This document shows, piece by piece, positions 1 to 11,239 of a DNA stretch of 64,000 nt; position 1 is the first letter of the stretch; each line of letters starts with the position of its first letter. The position numbers were made by a program, and so were the translations under genes. Origin of the DNA: an uncultured Solirubrobacterales bacterium (lineage in GTDB: Bacteria > Actinomycetota > Thermoleophilia > Solirubrobacterales > Solirubrobacteraceae). Below the pieces are notes generated by a model, which worked only from the letters and a program-made list of their open reading frames with translations, ran no database searches and was not told the origin of the DNA. The DNA lies in contig CAVWMM010000008.1 of the NCBI GenBank assembly GCA_963756105.1, positions 93,266 to 157,265 on the forward strand. The letters run 5' to 3'.

Positions 1-1265
1 CGAGGACTGCGTGCTCGCGCGGCCGCCCGTCTTCGTGGTCGCCGATGGGATGGGGGGCGCGCAAGCCGGCGAGGTGGCTGCGGGCATCGCCGTCGAGGCG
101 TTTGCCCAGGGGCTCCCGGACTCGGGCAGCGTCGAGGAGCGGCTGGCGAGCCGCGCGCGTGAGGCCAACAGGCGAATCTTTGACCTCGCCAGCACGCAGC
201 GGGAGCGGGCAGGGATGGGCACGACGCTCACCGCGGCGTATCTCGACGACTCGCAGCTCGCGATTGCCCACGTCGGCGACAGCCGGGCCTACCTCTTTCG
301 CGACGGCGCGCTTACGCGGCTGACTCAGGATCATTCGCTCGTCGACGAGCTGGTCAGACGCGGGAAACTGACCGAGGAAGAGGCGGCCGAGCACCCGCAG
401 CGCTCGATCATCACCCGGGCCCTGGGGCCCGAGCCGGACGTAGATGTCGATACCTGGACCTACCCGGTGCGCGGCGGCGATCTGCTGTTGCTGTGCAGCG
501 ACGGCCTGACCTCGATGATCTCCGAGGAGCGCGTGGCCGAGATCCTGGCCGGCTCCGAGCAACTCGACGCCGCGGCTCAGGCTCTGATCGACGAAGCCAA
601 CCGCGCCGGCGGCCGGGACAACATCACGGTGATTCTGGTCCGCCTCGAGGAGGTCGAGTCGGGGGCCGATGGCGCCGTCGATCAACCGACGGCCGTGGGG
701 CTGGCGCCGCCCACTCAGGTCGCGAAAGTGGGGAGCGCGGAGTCGGGCGGCGGTAGTGGCCCAGCGAACGCGGGAGCGGCCACAACCACACTGCGCCGGC
801 ATGACCCCGAGACCGCGCAGGCGCGAGGGGCTGACGCGCCCCCAAAGCCGCCGGCTCGCGGCCTGAGGCGTCGGCGGCTCGGTCCTCGAGCGCGCGACCG
901 GGGCCCGGCGCGGCTCGAGCCGCCGTCCGGTCAGGCGGGGATTCAGGCGTCCTTACTCCAAGCCGCTGGCAGTGCTCGTGACGGTCGTGATCGTGCTCTG
1001 TCTGATCGGGGCCGGCGGGTACCTGGCGACCCGCCAGCTCTACTTCATCGGCACCAACGCCCAGGGGGTGGTGACGATCTACCGGGGGCTGCCCTACGGC
1101 CTTCCCGCGGGAATTCACCTCTACGAGACGTTTTACGTCTCAGGGGTGCCGGCGTCGCTCGTGCCGCCCGAACGCCGCGCGGCGCTGCTGAACAACAGCC
1201 TGAGATCGGAGTCGAACGCCGACTCTCTGGTCAGGGCGCTCGAGTTGGGGAAGATCTCGAAGTGA
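1..1265 (+). CDS. pstP: PP2C-family Ser/Thr protein phosphatase (PstP/Stp1), 5' end outside window, frameshift near 900-970
   Basis: VADGMGG, GMGTT, HVGDSRAY, CSDGL and GGRDNIT motifs; TM helix and extracellular tail continue in ORF 972-1265; first gene of the rodA/pbpA/pknB cluster. Confidence 0.9.
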
Positions 1266-2651
1266 GCGCGCATCGGGCCCCTCGACGGATGAGCGCGCGC
1301 AACCGCGAGCTGCTTGGCCTGCTCCCCGCGTCGCTGCTCGTCACGGCGGGTTTCGCGGCCGTCTTCATCCAGCGCTCGAACGTGATCTCGAACGTCTCTC
1401 TGATCTACGGCGCGGTCTTCCTCGGTCTATGCGTCGTTGCCCACCTCTTCATCCGCCGCAGGCTGCCCCACGCCGACCCTTACCTCTTCCCTTTGGTGGC
1501 CGTGCTGGCGAGCTTCGGGATCGTGATGGTCTACCGGATCGATCCGAGCGAGGCCCGCCTGCAGGCGCAGTGGTTCGTGCTCGGACTGATCCTGTTCGTG
1601 GCCACGATCATCTGGCTGCGCGACTACCGCAAGCTGGAGCGATACCGCTACCTGATCATGGCGGTGTCGCTCGTGCTGCTGGTGCTGCCGCGCGCTGCCG
1701 GTGATCGGCTACCAGGCCAACGGCGCCTACCTGGGCGTTCGCATCCCCGGCCTGTTCGTCTTCCAGCCGGAGGAGTTCGCCAAGATCGGGCTGGTCATCT
1801 TCCTGGCGAGCTACCTCCGCGACACCCGCCAGGTGATGGTGATGGGCGCGCGCCGCTTCCTGGGGCTGACGATCCCGCCGCTCAAGCACTTCGGCCCGGT
1901 GATCGTGATCTGGGGACTCGCGATGATGATCCTGATCCTGCTGCGCGACATCGGCTCCTCGCTGATGTTCTACGGCGGCCTGCTCACGGTCCTCTACGTC
2001 GCGACCAACCGGGTCTCGTTCGTGGTCGTCGGCGTGATCGCGTTCGCGCTCGGCGCCTGGTACCTGGGCACCCACATCGCCCACGTCCACGCGCGCGTCG
2101 AGGACTGGTTGCATCCCTTCGATCCCAGCCTCTACCACGCTCCGCTCGGGAGCTACCAGATCGCCAACGGCATCTTCGCCCAGGCCGCCGGCGGGATGTT
2201 CGGGCAGGGCTTCGGCCAGGCCGCGCTGACGATTCCGGGCAACCCACCCGTGCCCTTGCTGCCCGCGCCCCAGACCGACATGATCTACGCAGTAATCACG
2301 GATGAGCTGGGGCTGTTCGGGGCGGCGGCGTTGCTGCTGGTCTACCTGATGGTCGTCTGGCGCGGATTCAAGACGGCGATGCTGGCGCGCGATTCCTTCT
2401 CCACCCTGATGGTCACGGGTCTGACGGCGATGCTGGGGCTACAGGTGTTCGTGATCGTGGGCGGAGTGACGCGTGTCATCCCCCTCACCGGTGTGACGTT
2501 GCCGTTCGTCTCCTACGGCGGCAGCTCGATCATCGCCAACTTCGTACTGGTCGCGCTGGTGCTGCTGGTCTCCGATCGAGCCCGATCTCCGGCGGTCGCG
2601 TCCCGGAGATCCACGGCGTCTGGGGACGTCGGATCGAGGCGAAGCCCGTGA
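1262..2651 (+). CDS. rodA: FtsW/RodA/SpoVE SEDS family protein, frameshift near 1700
   Basis: ADPYLFPL, FQPEEFAK, TDMIYAVI and PLTGVTLPFVSYGGSS motifs; multi-TM; GTGA overlap with pstP stop. Confidence 0.9.
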
Positions 2652-4072
2652 ACAAGCCCATCCTCCGCATCTTCCTCTTCCTCGTGGTGCTGTTCGCGCT
2701 GCTTCTGGTGTGGACGACCCGGTGGACCGTGATCGACGCGCAGAAGCTCCAGAACAACCCGCTCAACGTGCGCACGCTGCTCGACGAGCTCAAGATCAAG
2801 CGTGGCCGGATCATCGCCGACGACGGCACCGTGCTTGCCAAGTCGGTCCGCAAGCCCGGCGGCCTCTGGGGCCGCTACTACCCCACCGGCCCGCTCTTCG
2901 CCCAGGCGGTCGGCTACTCGACCGCGGCGGCGGGCGATAGCGCCGGGCTCGAGCAGTCGCTCGGGACCTATCTGCGCGGCGACCAGACCGGGCTCTCTTC
3001 GATCTTCGGCCAGCTCGGAGGCTCAACCCGCGTGGGCGACGACGTGTACACGTCGCTCGACCCCAAGGCCCAGCGCGTTGCGGTGGCGGAGCTCGCGGGC
3101 CGCGCAGGGTCGGTGGTCGCGCTCAACCCGCGAAACGGCGCGATCAAGGTCATGTACTCCAACCCCACCTACAACAACAACAACCCCCACGCCACGGGTC
3201 CGAACATCTCGAACTTCAACCGGGCCACCCAAGCCGGGTATCCGCCGGGTTCGACCTTCAAGGTCGTCACCGCCACCGGTGCGCTGGGCACCGGCAAGTT
3301 CACCCCCAATTCCGTCCTCAACGGCAACTCGCCGAGGCTCGTCTCGGGCGTTCCGCTCGCAAACGACAATAATCAGAGTTGGGGCGATATCGACTTGACG
3401 ACGGCGTTCACGTATTCGGTCAACACGGTCTGGGCCCAGGTCGCGGAGACGCTGGGGCGGGTGACCATGACCAACTACATGGGCCGCTTCGGCTTCTACT
3501 CAAAGCCGCCGATCGACTACCCCAGTGACGAGATCAACGTGAGCCGCCCCTTCAGCCCCACCGGCCGCCCTTATCCCCCGGCCAGTCCGAGCGAGGACAT
3601 CGGCCGCATCAGGCATCGGCGAGGGCGGCCTCGAGGTCACACCGCTGCAGATGGCGATGGTCGCGGCCACGATCGCCAACCGCGGGACGTTGATGACGCC
3701 GCGCTTCGCCACGCGGGTCGTCGACCCCACGGGCGTAACCCTGCAGACGTTCAATCCATCCGTCTATCAGCACGTCACCACGCCTAGGATCGCCGCGGAG
3801 GTCGCGCAGATGATGCGCCGCGTGGTCGAGGAGGGCACCGGGACGCCGGCCCAGCTCGGCGGCATCCCCATCGCCGGTAAGACCGGGACCGCCTCGATGG
3901 GGCCCCCGGGTCAGGGCTGACGGAGCCCTGGTTCATCGGCTTCGCCCCGATCAACAATCCCAAGGTGGCCGTCGCGGTCACGATCGAGCGCACTCAGAAT
4001 GGCTACGGCGGCACTGTCGCGGCCCCGATCGCGGCGCGCGTGATCCAGACCCTGCTCGCGGAGGGCCAATGA
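2648..4072 (+). CDS. pbpA: Class B penicillin-binding protein (PbpA-like), frameshifts near 3610 and 3910
   Basis: PGSTFK (SxxK), YSVN (SxN) and GKTGTA (KTG) motifs across frames; follows rodA. Confidence 0.88.
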
Positions 4073-4088
4073 GGGTGCGGACGCAGGC

Positions 4089-6097
4089 ATGACCGATCTG
4101 CCCCCGGGCACGATCGTCGACGGCCGATACAAGGTCATCGGTCGCCTCGGCACCGGCGGGATGGCGGATGTCTTCCTGGCCGAGGACCAGCAGCTCGGGC
4201 GCAAGCTCGCGCTCAAGCTCCTGCACCACCGCTTCGCGGAGGACCCCGGGTTCGTCGAGCGCTTCCGGCGCGAGGCGCAGGCGGCCGCGGGCCTCCAGCA
4301 CCCCAACGTGGTCGGCGTCTACGACCGGGGTGCTTACGACGGCACCTACTACATCGCGATGGAGTACGTGCCGGGCCGGACGCTCAAACAGCTCATCGGC
4401 GAAGAGGCGCCGCTGGAGCCGGTGAGGGCGATCGACCTCGTAGGCGAGATCCTGAGAGCCGTGCGGTTCGCGCACCGCCACGGGGTCATCCACCGGGACC
4501 TCAAGCCGCACAACGTGATCGTGGACGACTCCGACCACGCCAAGGTGACCGACTTCGGCATCGCCCGCGCGGGCGCCTCGGACATGACCGAGACCGGCTC
4601 GATTCTCGGCACCGCCCAGTACCTCTCGCCCGAGCAGGCGCAGGGCCTCGCGGTCAGCCCGTCATCCGATCTGTACTCGGTCGGGGTGATCCTGTACGAG
4701 CTGTTGACCGGGAGGGTGCCGTTCGACGCCGAGGCAGCGGTCACGGTCGCGATCAAGCACGTCTCCGAGGCGCCGGTCGCGCCGCGGACGCTCAATCCGA
4801 TGATCCCGCCGAGCTCGAGCAGATCACCTGTGGTCGCTGAACAAGAGCGCCGCGGACAGGCCGGCGGACGCGGAGGAGTTCCTGCGGGCGCTCGCCCACG
4901 CCAGGGCGGCGATCCTCTCGGGGGCTGACCGAACAGACGGCGACCGCGGCGTTGGGGCGGCCCAGTCAGCAGCCTCCAGCGGCGCCGCGGCAGGACCCGT
5001 ACCCGAGTGCCTTGCCGTTGGGCCGCCGGAGGTCGTTGAAACGGCCAATGGTGACGGGCAGGGAGCGCCAATTGGGCCACTCCGCCGCCCGGCCACCCGC
5101 CGGCGGGATCTGTGGCTATGGCTGGGACTGATCGCGCTTGCTAGTGGCCGCGGCTGCGGCCGCGGCGGTCTACCTGCTCACTGCGCCAAGCCAGGTCGGA
5201 GTGCCCGCGGTCGTGGGCAAGCAGGCCTCGACGGCGACAGCGACGCTCAAGCGTGCGGGATTCAAGGTCAAGGTCAGCCACGCCCGCAGCACCAAAGCCG
5301 CCGGGTTCGTCATCCGCCAGAATCCCGCACGCCGCTCGCAGGCCAACCAAGGGTCGACGGTCAGCCTCACGGTCTCCGCAGGCCCGGGCAGCGTGACCGT
5401 GCCCAAGGTGCAGGGCAAGCCGTTGACGAGGCGGAGAGCCATCCTTCGCCACGCGGGCCTGAAGGTTGGAAAGGTAGCCAGGGGTCCGAAACTCCGGTGC
5501 ACCGCGGGTGACGTGTAGCAGCACCTCGCCCTTCGCCGGAGAGACCGTACCGCTGGGCACGCCATCACCTGTATCGTCTCGAGCGGCCCGGCGACGAAGG
5601 CCGTTCCCCCCGTGATCGGCGAAACCGAGGCCACGGCGAGCGCAACCCTGGAAAACGCGGGTTCTCAGTCGGCGTCAGCACCAGGACGACGAATTCGGCT
5701 CCTGCGGGGACGGTCGTCGGCCAGAGTCCCGCGGCCAACTCGCAGGCCTCGCCTGGGTCGACCGTGACCATCGTGGTCGCCCTGAAGCCGCCGTCCCACG
5801 AAGGTGGCGATCCCGGGGTGACGGGTGACACCGCCGCCGCGGCCAGGAGTGCCCTGATCGGCGCGGGCTTCAGCGTCAGCGAGACTACGCGGACCGTGAC
5901 GAACAAGTCCAGCAACGGGATCGTTCTCGCGCAGAGTCCCGGCCGCAGGCGCCAAGGCGAACAAGGGCACGACGGTCACGATCGTCGTCGGGAGCTACAA
6001 GCAGCCGACCACGACCACGACGACGACGACCTCCACAACGCCGACCACGCCCACCACGACCACGCCCAAGGGCGGCCCCGCGGCTCGTGTGCAGTGA
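4089..6097 (+). CDS. pknB: PASTA-domain Ser/Thr kinase (PknB/Stk1), multiple frameshifts
   Basis: GTGGMADV, HRDLKPHN, DFGIA and GTAQYLSPEQA motifs; TM followed by PASTA repeats (VPAVVGK, VPKVQGK, QSPG); Thr-rich tail. Confidence 0.9.
6005..6066 (+). repeat. Low-complexity ACG/ACC codon run (Thr/Pro-rich tail of PknB)
   Basis: ccgaccacgaccacgacgacgacgacc... encodes PTTTTTTTSTTPTTPTTTT. Confidence 0.6.
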
Positions 6098-6103
6098 GGC
6101 TGG

Positions 6104-7111
6104 ATGAGCGCTAAAAGGCTGCGGGTGGCGGTGCTCGGGGGCGGGCGGTCCTCCGAGCACGAGGTCTCGCTGGCCTCGGCGGCTTCGGTCCGCGACGGGA
6201 CTGAGGGCCGCCGGTCACGATCCCATCGCGATCGAGATCGGGCGCGACGGCGTGTGGCGCCGGGACGGCGAAGCCGTGTCGGTGGCGCCGGGGCGGGGCT
6301 TCCGGCGCCGATGTCGTCTTCCCGGTCTTGCACGGGCCCATTTGGCGAAGACGGGACCGTGCAGGGGTTACTGGAGTGCCTCGGGGTGCCCTACGTGGGC
6401 GCGGGCGTGCTGGCCTCCGCGCTGTGCATGGACAAGGTGCAGTTCAAGGCCGTGATGGCGCACGCGGGGATGCCGCAGGTCGACCACCGCGCCGTGGTGG
6501 AGGAGCGCTTCCGCGAGGAGCGCGCGGCGGTGCTGGAGGGGCTCGCTGCGCTGGGGCTCCCGGTGTTCGTAAAGCCCGCCCGGCTCGGCTCCTCGGTGGG
6601 GATCGCTCCGTGCGCAAGGCGGGCGAGCTGCCGGCTGCGCTCGAGACAGCTTTCGCGCACGACCCCGTCGCGCTGGTCGAAGCGGCCGCGGGCGGAATCG
6701 AGGTCGAGTGCTCGGTGGTCGGCAACGGCGCGCCGATCGCGTCGGTGCCCGGAGAGATCATGCTCGCCGAGGGCGAGGAGGGCTTGGTACGACTACGAGG
6801 CGAAGTACACCCCAGGAAAGATGCAGCTGATCGTCCCCGCGCGGATCCCCGAACGGGTGCGCGAACGCGTGCGCGAGCTCGCGCTTAGAACCTTCGTGCT
6901 CACCGGGTGCTGCGGGCTGGCCCGGGTGGACTTCTTCGTCGAGGGCGAGCGCGTGCTGGTCAACGAGCTCAACACGATCCCGGGATTCACCGAGACGAGC
7001 GTGTTCGGGTCGCTGTTCGGCGCCAGCGGATTGCCCTACCCGGAACTGCTCGACCGGTTGCTCGGGCTGGCGCTCGAGCGCTACGAGGCGGAGCAGGCTC
7101 ACACGCACTAA
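6104..7111 (+). CDS. ddl: D-alanine--D-alanine ligase, compensating frameshifts
   Basis: GGRSSEHEVS, HGPFGEDG, KPARLGSSVG, YDYEAKY and NELNTIPGFT motifs. Confidence 0.92.
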   Translation: MSAKRLRVAVLGGGRSSEHEVSLASAASVRDGTEGRRSRSHRDRDRARRRVAPGRRSRVGGAGAGLPAPMSSSRSCTGPFGEDGTVQGLLECLGVPYVGAGVLASALCMDKVQFKAVMAHAGMPQVDHRAVVEERFREERAAVLEGLAALGLPVFVKPARLGSSVGIAPCARRASCRLRSRQLSRTTPSRWSKRPRAESRSSARWSATARRSRRCPERSCSPRARRAWYDYEAKYTPGKMQLIVPARIPERVRERVRELALRTFVLTGCCGLARVDFFVEGERVLVNELNTIPGFTETSVFGSLFGASGLPYPELLDRLLGLALERYEAEQAHTH

Positions 7112-7117
7112 TTAGTC

Positions 7118-7189
7118 CGGCCCGGCACATGTGCCGGGCCGCCGCGCCGCACATGTGCGGCGCGGGGCCGGGGCGCATGCGCGCCGGCC
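7118..7189. repeat. Triple tandem 24-bp palindrome element, copy 1
   Basis: CGGCCCGGCACATGTGCCGGGCCG (7118-7141, perfect), CCGCGCCGCACATGTGCGGCGCGG (7142-7165, perfect), GGCCGGGGCGCATGCGCGCCGGCC (7166-7189, one mismatched pair). Confidence 0.95.
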
Positions 7190-7202
7190 AAACCCGAATA
7201 AA

Positions 7203-7208
7203 TAAGCT
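7203..7208 (+). promoter_or_regulatory. Putative -10 element (TAAGCT) for leaderless hbd
   Basis: TANNNT lies 7 nt before ATG 7216, with no Shine-Dalgarno. Confidence 0.45.
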
Positions 7209-7215
7209 CCACTCC

Positions 7216-8079
7216 ATGACCACCTCCCAAATCGAATCCGTCGCGGTAGTCGGGGGCGGCTTCATGGGTACGGGATCGCGGAGTCGGCTGCCGTGTCGCG
7301 GAATGCGGGTGGTCGTCCGCGACGTTGACGAGGCCGCGCTGGAGCGCGCGCAGGGTTAGGATCGAGGCCTCGCTCGGACGCGCCGTCAAGGGCGGCAAGC
7401 TCGACTCCGAACGGGCGCGGGAGGTCTCGGGCCTGATAGAGCTGACGACGGAGCTGGAGGCGATCGCCGGCGCCGATCTCGTGCTCGAGGCGGTGCCCGA
7501 GGACCAGCAGCTCAAGCTGGACGTGATGGAGGCGATCAATCAGGCGTGGGCGAGATGAGACGCTCGTGGCCTCGAACACCTCCTCGATCCCGATCGCAGA
7601 GCTCGCCCAGGCACTGCGACGCCCCGAGCGCGTGTTGGGCCTCCATTTCTTCTCTCCCGTGCCGGTGATGAGGCTCGTCGAGGTGGTGGTCGCGCTCGAC
7701 ACCGCCTACGAGGCGGTCGCGGCCGCGCGAGCTTTCGTGGAGCGGCTCGGCAAGCGCCCGATCGAGACCAAGGACCGCTCGGGCTTCATCGTCAACATGT
7801 TGCTCGTCCCGTACCTGATGGCCGCGGTGAGGATGTACGAGGAAGGGTTTGCCTCGCGCGAGGACATCGATGCCGGGATGCGGCTTGGCTGCGGTCACCC
7901 CATGGGCCCGCTCGCGCTGTGCGACTTCATCGGCCTGGACGTGCTCTACGCGGTTTGCGACTCGCTCTATGACGAGTTCAAGCGCGACGAGTACGCCCCG
8001 CCTCCGCTGATGAAGCGGATGGTCGCCTCCGGCCGTCTCGGGACGCAAGTCCGGCCGAGGCTTCTACGACTACGACTAG
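7216..8079 (+). CDS. 3-hydroxybutyryl-CoA/3-hydroxyacyl-CoA dehydrogenase, frameshifted
   Basis: VVGGGFMG, EAVPED, ASNTSSIP, GLHFFSPVPVMRLVE and HPMGPL motifs; ends GRGFYDYD*. Confidence 0.9.
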
Positions 8080-9606
8080 CCATAGGCTTCTCGCGATAGA
8101 GCGTGATCTCGTTGACCGAGGCGCTGTCCTTGCCCGGGCGGCAGGCTCGTGATCCACACCAGCTAGTAGCGGTATGACTTTCCGGAGCGGTTGATCGAGA
8201 TCGTCTGCTGCGTGGTGCACGTAGGATGCTGAGCCGACCATGGTCCAGCCGTTTGGCCCGACCGGGAAGTGGTCGGTTGGGCTCGGCGTGGTGTTGCGCG
8301 CCCAGATCTGGACGGTCCATCCCGGAGTGGCGTGAGGATCACCATCTTGCGCGCGACCACGTGTGGGGCGGCATCGACGTAGATGCCGACTCCCGGCTTG
8401 CCGAGCGTGCCGCTGAAGTAGGTCTCGGTCTGCCAGGCCGTATTGGGGTTGCCGTCGATGGCCAGGCCGACCTCTCCCGGGTTCTGGTCTTGGAGCCATC
8501 GAGCCCGAAGGGGTTGTAGTCGTGGGCGCAGTTCTGGCACAGGGAAACCGGGACGAGCGCCGCCGAGGGCGACTTCTCGGGGACGCTGGGCACGCCGTGG
8601 TGAGCGCGTGTCGCGAGCCACACCGCGATGCCCGGCGATGATCGCCAGCGCCAGCGCGCCCAGCGCAGCCGCGCGCACCCGGTGCCGGATCCGGAACGGA
8701 ACGCTGCGTCGCTTGCGGGAAGGGAAGGGTCTGCAGGACGGTCGTGACTTCGCCGCGTGTATCCCCGGTGCGCGCGGTCTCGATGGCGAGCACGTCCTCG
8801 AGGTCTGCGATCAGCTCGGCGTCGTTTGCGTAGCGGTCCTGGAGCGGCTTGGCGGTGGCCCTATCGACCACCGCGGCGAGCGCGGCCGAGACCTCGGGCC
8901 GCTTAGCCTGGACGTCGGGGAGCGCGTCGCGCACGTGCTTCATCGCCACCGCGACCTGGCTCTCGCCCCGGAACGGGACCTGCCCGGTGAGCATCTCGTA
9001 AAGCAGCACGCCCAGCGAGTACAGGTCCGATTGGCCGGTCACGGGCTGCCCGAGGGCCTGCTCGGGGGAGACGTAGTCGGTCGTACCCAGCACGCGCCCG
9101 TCGGCGGTCAGCCCCTCCTCGTCGAGCGTGCGGGCGATGCCGAAGTCGGTGACCTTGCAGGAGCCTTCTTCGTCTATGAGCACGTTCTGTGGTTTGACGT
9201 CCCGGTGAACGATGTGGCGGGCGTGCGCGGCCCCGAGCGCGCGGGCGATCTCGATGGCGTAAGCGACGGCTTCAGTGATCGGCAACCGGCCGCCGCGGCG
9301 GATGCGCTCCTTGAGCGTCTCGCCCTCCACGTACTCGAAGACGATGTATGGCCGTCCCTCGTCCTCGCCGGCATCGATCACGCCCACCACGTGCGGATGG
9401 TTGAGCTGGGCGACGGCGCGCGCCTCGCGCCTGAAGCGCTCGAGCTGGTCCGAGTCCGAGACGACCTCGCGGTTCATCAGCTTGACCGCGACACGACGCT
9501 GGAGGGTCTCATCGAGCGCGCGGTAGACCGTGGACATCCCGCCCTGACCGATTCTGGCCTCCAGCCGGTAGCGGCCGCCCAACCTCGTACCCACCAGCGT
9601 GCTCAT
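8076..9606 (-). CDS. Membrane Ser/Thr kinase with extracellular beta-sandwich (discoidin/F5-8-like) C-terminus, frameshifted; 3' end approximate
   Basis: GQGGMSTV, HRDVKPQN, DFGIA and GTTDYVSPEQA motifs; C-terminal AIDGNPNTAWQTETY, RYWLVWIT and VNEITLY fragments. Confidence 0.85.
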
Positions 9607-9689
9607 TTGTTACCTCTATTTTGCGCCAACGTGAGCGTAGTGCAGCTCACCAAGATCCTTGACCAGTTCGCCGGACAGGTGCGGATCAC

Positions 9690-10517
9690 CTACGTGGTGT
9701 CGCGGAATGCTGCCGGAGCTCTGGCGAGGACCGTCGTTGCAAGCGCGATCCGGTAGGCCGCGAATGACGCCAGCGGCCGATCTCCACCGGCGAGTCGGAG
9801 CAGTGGCCTCGCCGCCAACGTGGATGCAAACGAGACGACTGCACCGACGACGAACGAAGCTCGACCGCTCGGCGGGAGGCCGCTCGCCCGCAGCCTCATC
9901 CTTTGAGCAGGGCCGCGCCGGCGATCACCGGGAGCGCCAGCTCGCGCGAGAGAGCCTGAGCTTCGGCGCGCTTGAAGCCGCGCACGCGCGCGGCCGCCAG
10001 TGTCGCGCCCCCTCGGGAGACGCCGGGGAAGAGCGCGGACGCCTGCGCGAGGCCGAGCCACAGCGCATCCCACGCGTTGGCCTCGTCGCGGTTGCGCGTC
10101 TCGGGCGCGCGGTCGCTGACGGCGAGCGCGACTCCTCCCGCGGCCAGGCCCACCGCCACGGTGCCCGGCGTTCCCAACCGCCTCTCGATCGGGCGCTCGA
10201 ACAGATAGCCGAGCAGCGCCGCGGGAGCCACGGAGAGCGCTAGGAGGGCGCACCGCTGGGCCGTGCGCGGCACGAGCTCGTCGGGAAGGGCTATCACGAG
10301 CGCCACCGCGGTGCCCGCGTGCAGCATCACCTCGAAGGCCTTGCGCAGGTCCCCGTCGGCGTCCGCCCACCCCCAGCCCATCAACCGCGGCACGAGCGCG
10401 AGGTGCCCGGACGAAGAAACCGGCAACAGCTCGGTTGGCCCCTGGAGCGCGCCGAGCGCTGCCGCCTGCGCGATCGGGATGCGTCTGTACGTGCTCGCGG
10501 CTGTGCGCTCGCGGCAT
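9690..10517 (-). CDS. uppP: Undecaprenyl-diphosphate phosphatase (BacA/UppP), frameshifted
   Basis: QGPTELLPVSSSGHL, LHAGT and PGVSRGGAT signatures. Confidence 0.88.
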   Translation of the reverse strand: MPRAHSREHVQTHPDRAGGSARRAPGANRAVAGFFVRAPRARAAVDGLGVGGRRRGPAQGLRGDAARGHRGGARDSPSRRARAAHGPAVRPPSALRGSRGAARLSVRAPDREAVGNAGHRGGGPGRGRSRARRQRPRARDAQPRRGQRVGCAVARPRAGVRALPRRLPRGRDTGGRARARLQARRSSGSLARAGAPGDRRRGPAQRMRLRASGLPPSGRASFVVGAVVSFASTLAARPLLRLAGGDRPLASFAAYRIALATTVLARAPAAFRDTT

Positions 10518-10527
10518 CGCGGTGGGC

Positions 10528-11207
10528 CTACTCGGCCACCACGTCGGCGGTGCTCGGCTCGGCCTCCTCGACCTGGGCTCGCCGACGCGTTGACCGCATG
10601 CGCCGGACGATCAGGTACACGATCGCGGCCACGACGAGTGCCGCGCCCACATAGTCCACGTACTCGAGGTGGTGGCGCCAGCTCTGCCACCCATGTCCGA
10701 CCTCGCGTCCGAGCACCGCCAACCCGACGACCCACGGAATCGAGCCGAGCACGACCAGCGGCGCGAACCGCCTGAAGGGCATCTGAGCGGCGCCGGCGGC
10801 GTAGGGGAAACGCAGATCTGACGACGGGCACCATGCGCGAGAAGAAGATGACCGGAGCGCCGTAGCGCGCAAACCAGCGCTCGGCGCGATCGATCTTGTG
10901 GCGGTGCAGGCGGCCGGGTCCGCGTTGAAGCCATCCCTCCCTGCCGTAGTGGCCGATCGCGTAGGCGATGTAGGCGCCCAGGACGTCGCCGATGAGGCCC
11001 GCGACGATCACGCCCGTCAGCGACAGCGTGTGGTTGTAGGCGTTGAAGCCGGCGAAGAGCATCGTCGGTTCTGTGCCGGGCACGAACGACCACGCCCGTA
11101 CAGAGCATCAGCAGGCCGACGCCGATGACGCCCAGCTTTCCGATCGCGTTGGTCGCGAACGTGACCAGCGATCCCGTGATGGAGGAGATCACGAGCACGG
11201 CGTCCAA
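10528..11207 (-). CDS. DedA family membrane protein, frameshifted
   Basis: PGTEPTMLFAG, YAIGHYG, AERWFARYG and SRMVPVVRS motifs; adjacent to uppP. Confidence 0.8.
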
Positions 11208-11239
11208 ATGTAGCGTCAGCGATAGCGTTGACCGGCGCG

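Noticed and set aside
11-2305. 764-aa apparent PP2C-RodA fusion ORF
   Set aside because: A frameshift artefact: the real pstP C-terminus is in another frame ending 1265, and rodA starts at 1262/1289.
3171-3185. (AAC)n microsatellite in pbpA
   Set aside because: A short in-frame Asn run with no sign of phase variation.
7118-7189. Palindrome triplets as a mini CRISPR array
   Set aside because: No spacers, the units are not identical direct repeats, and there are no cas genes.
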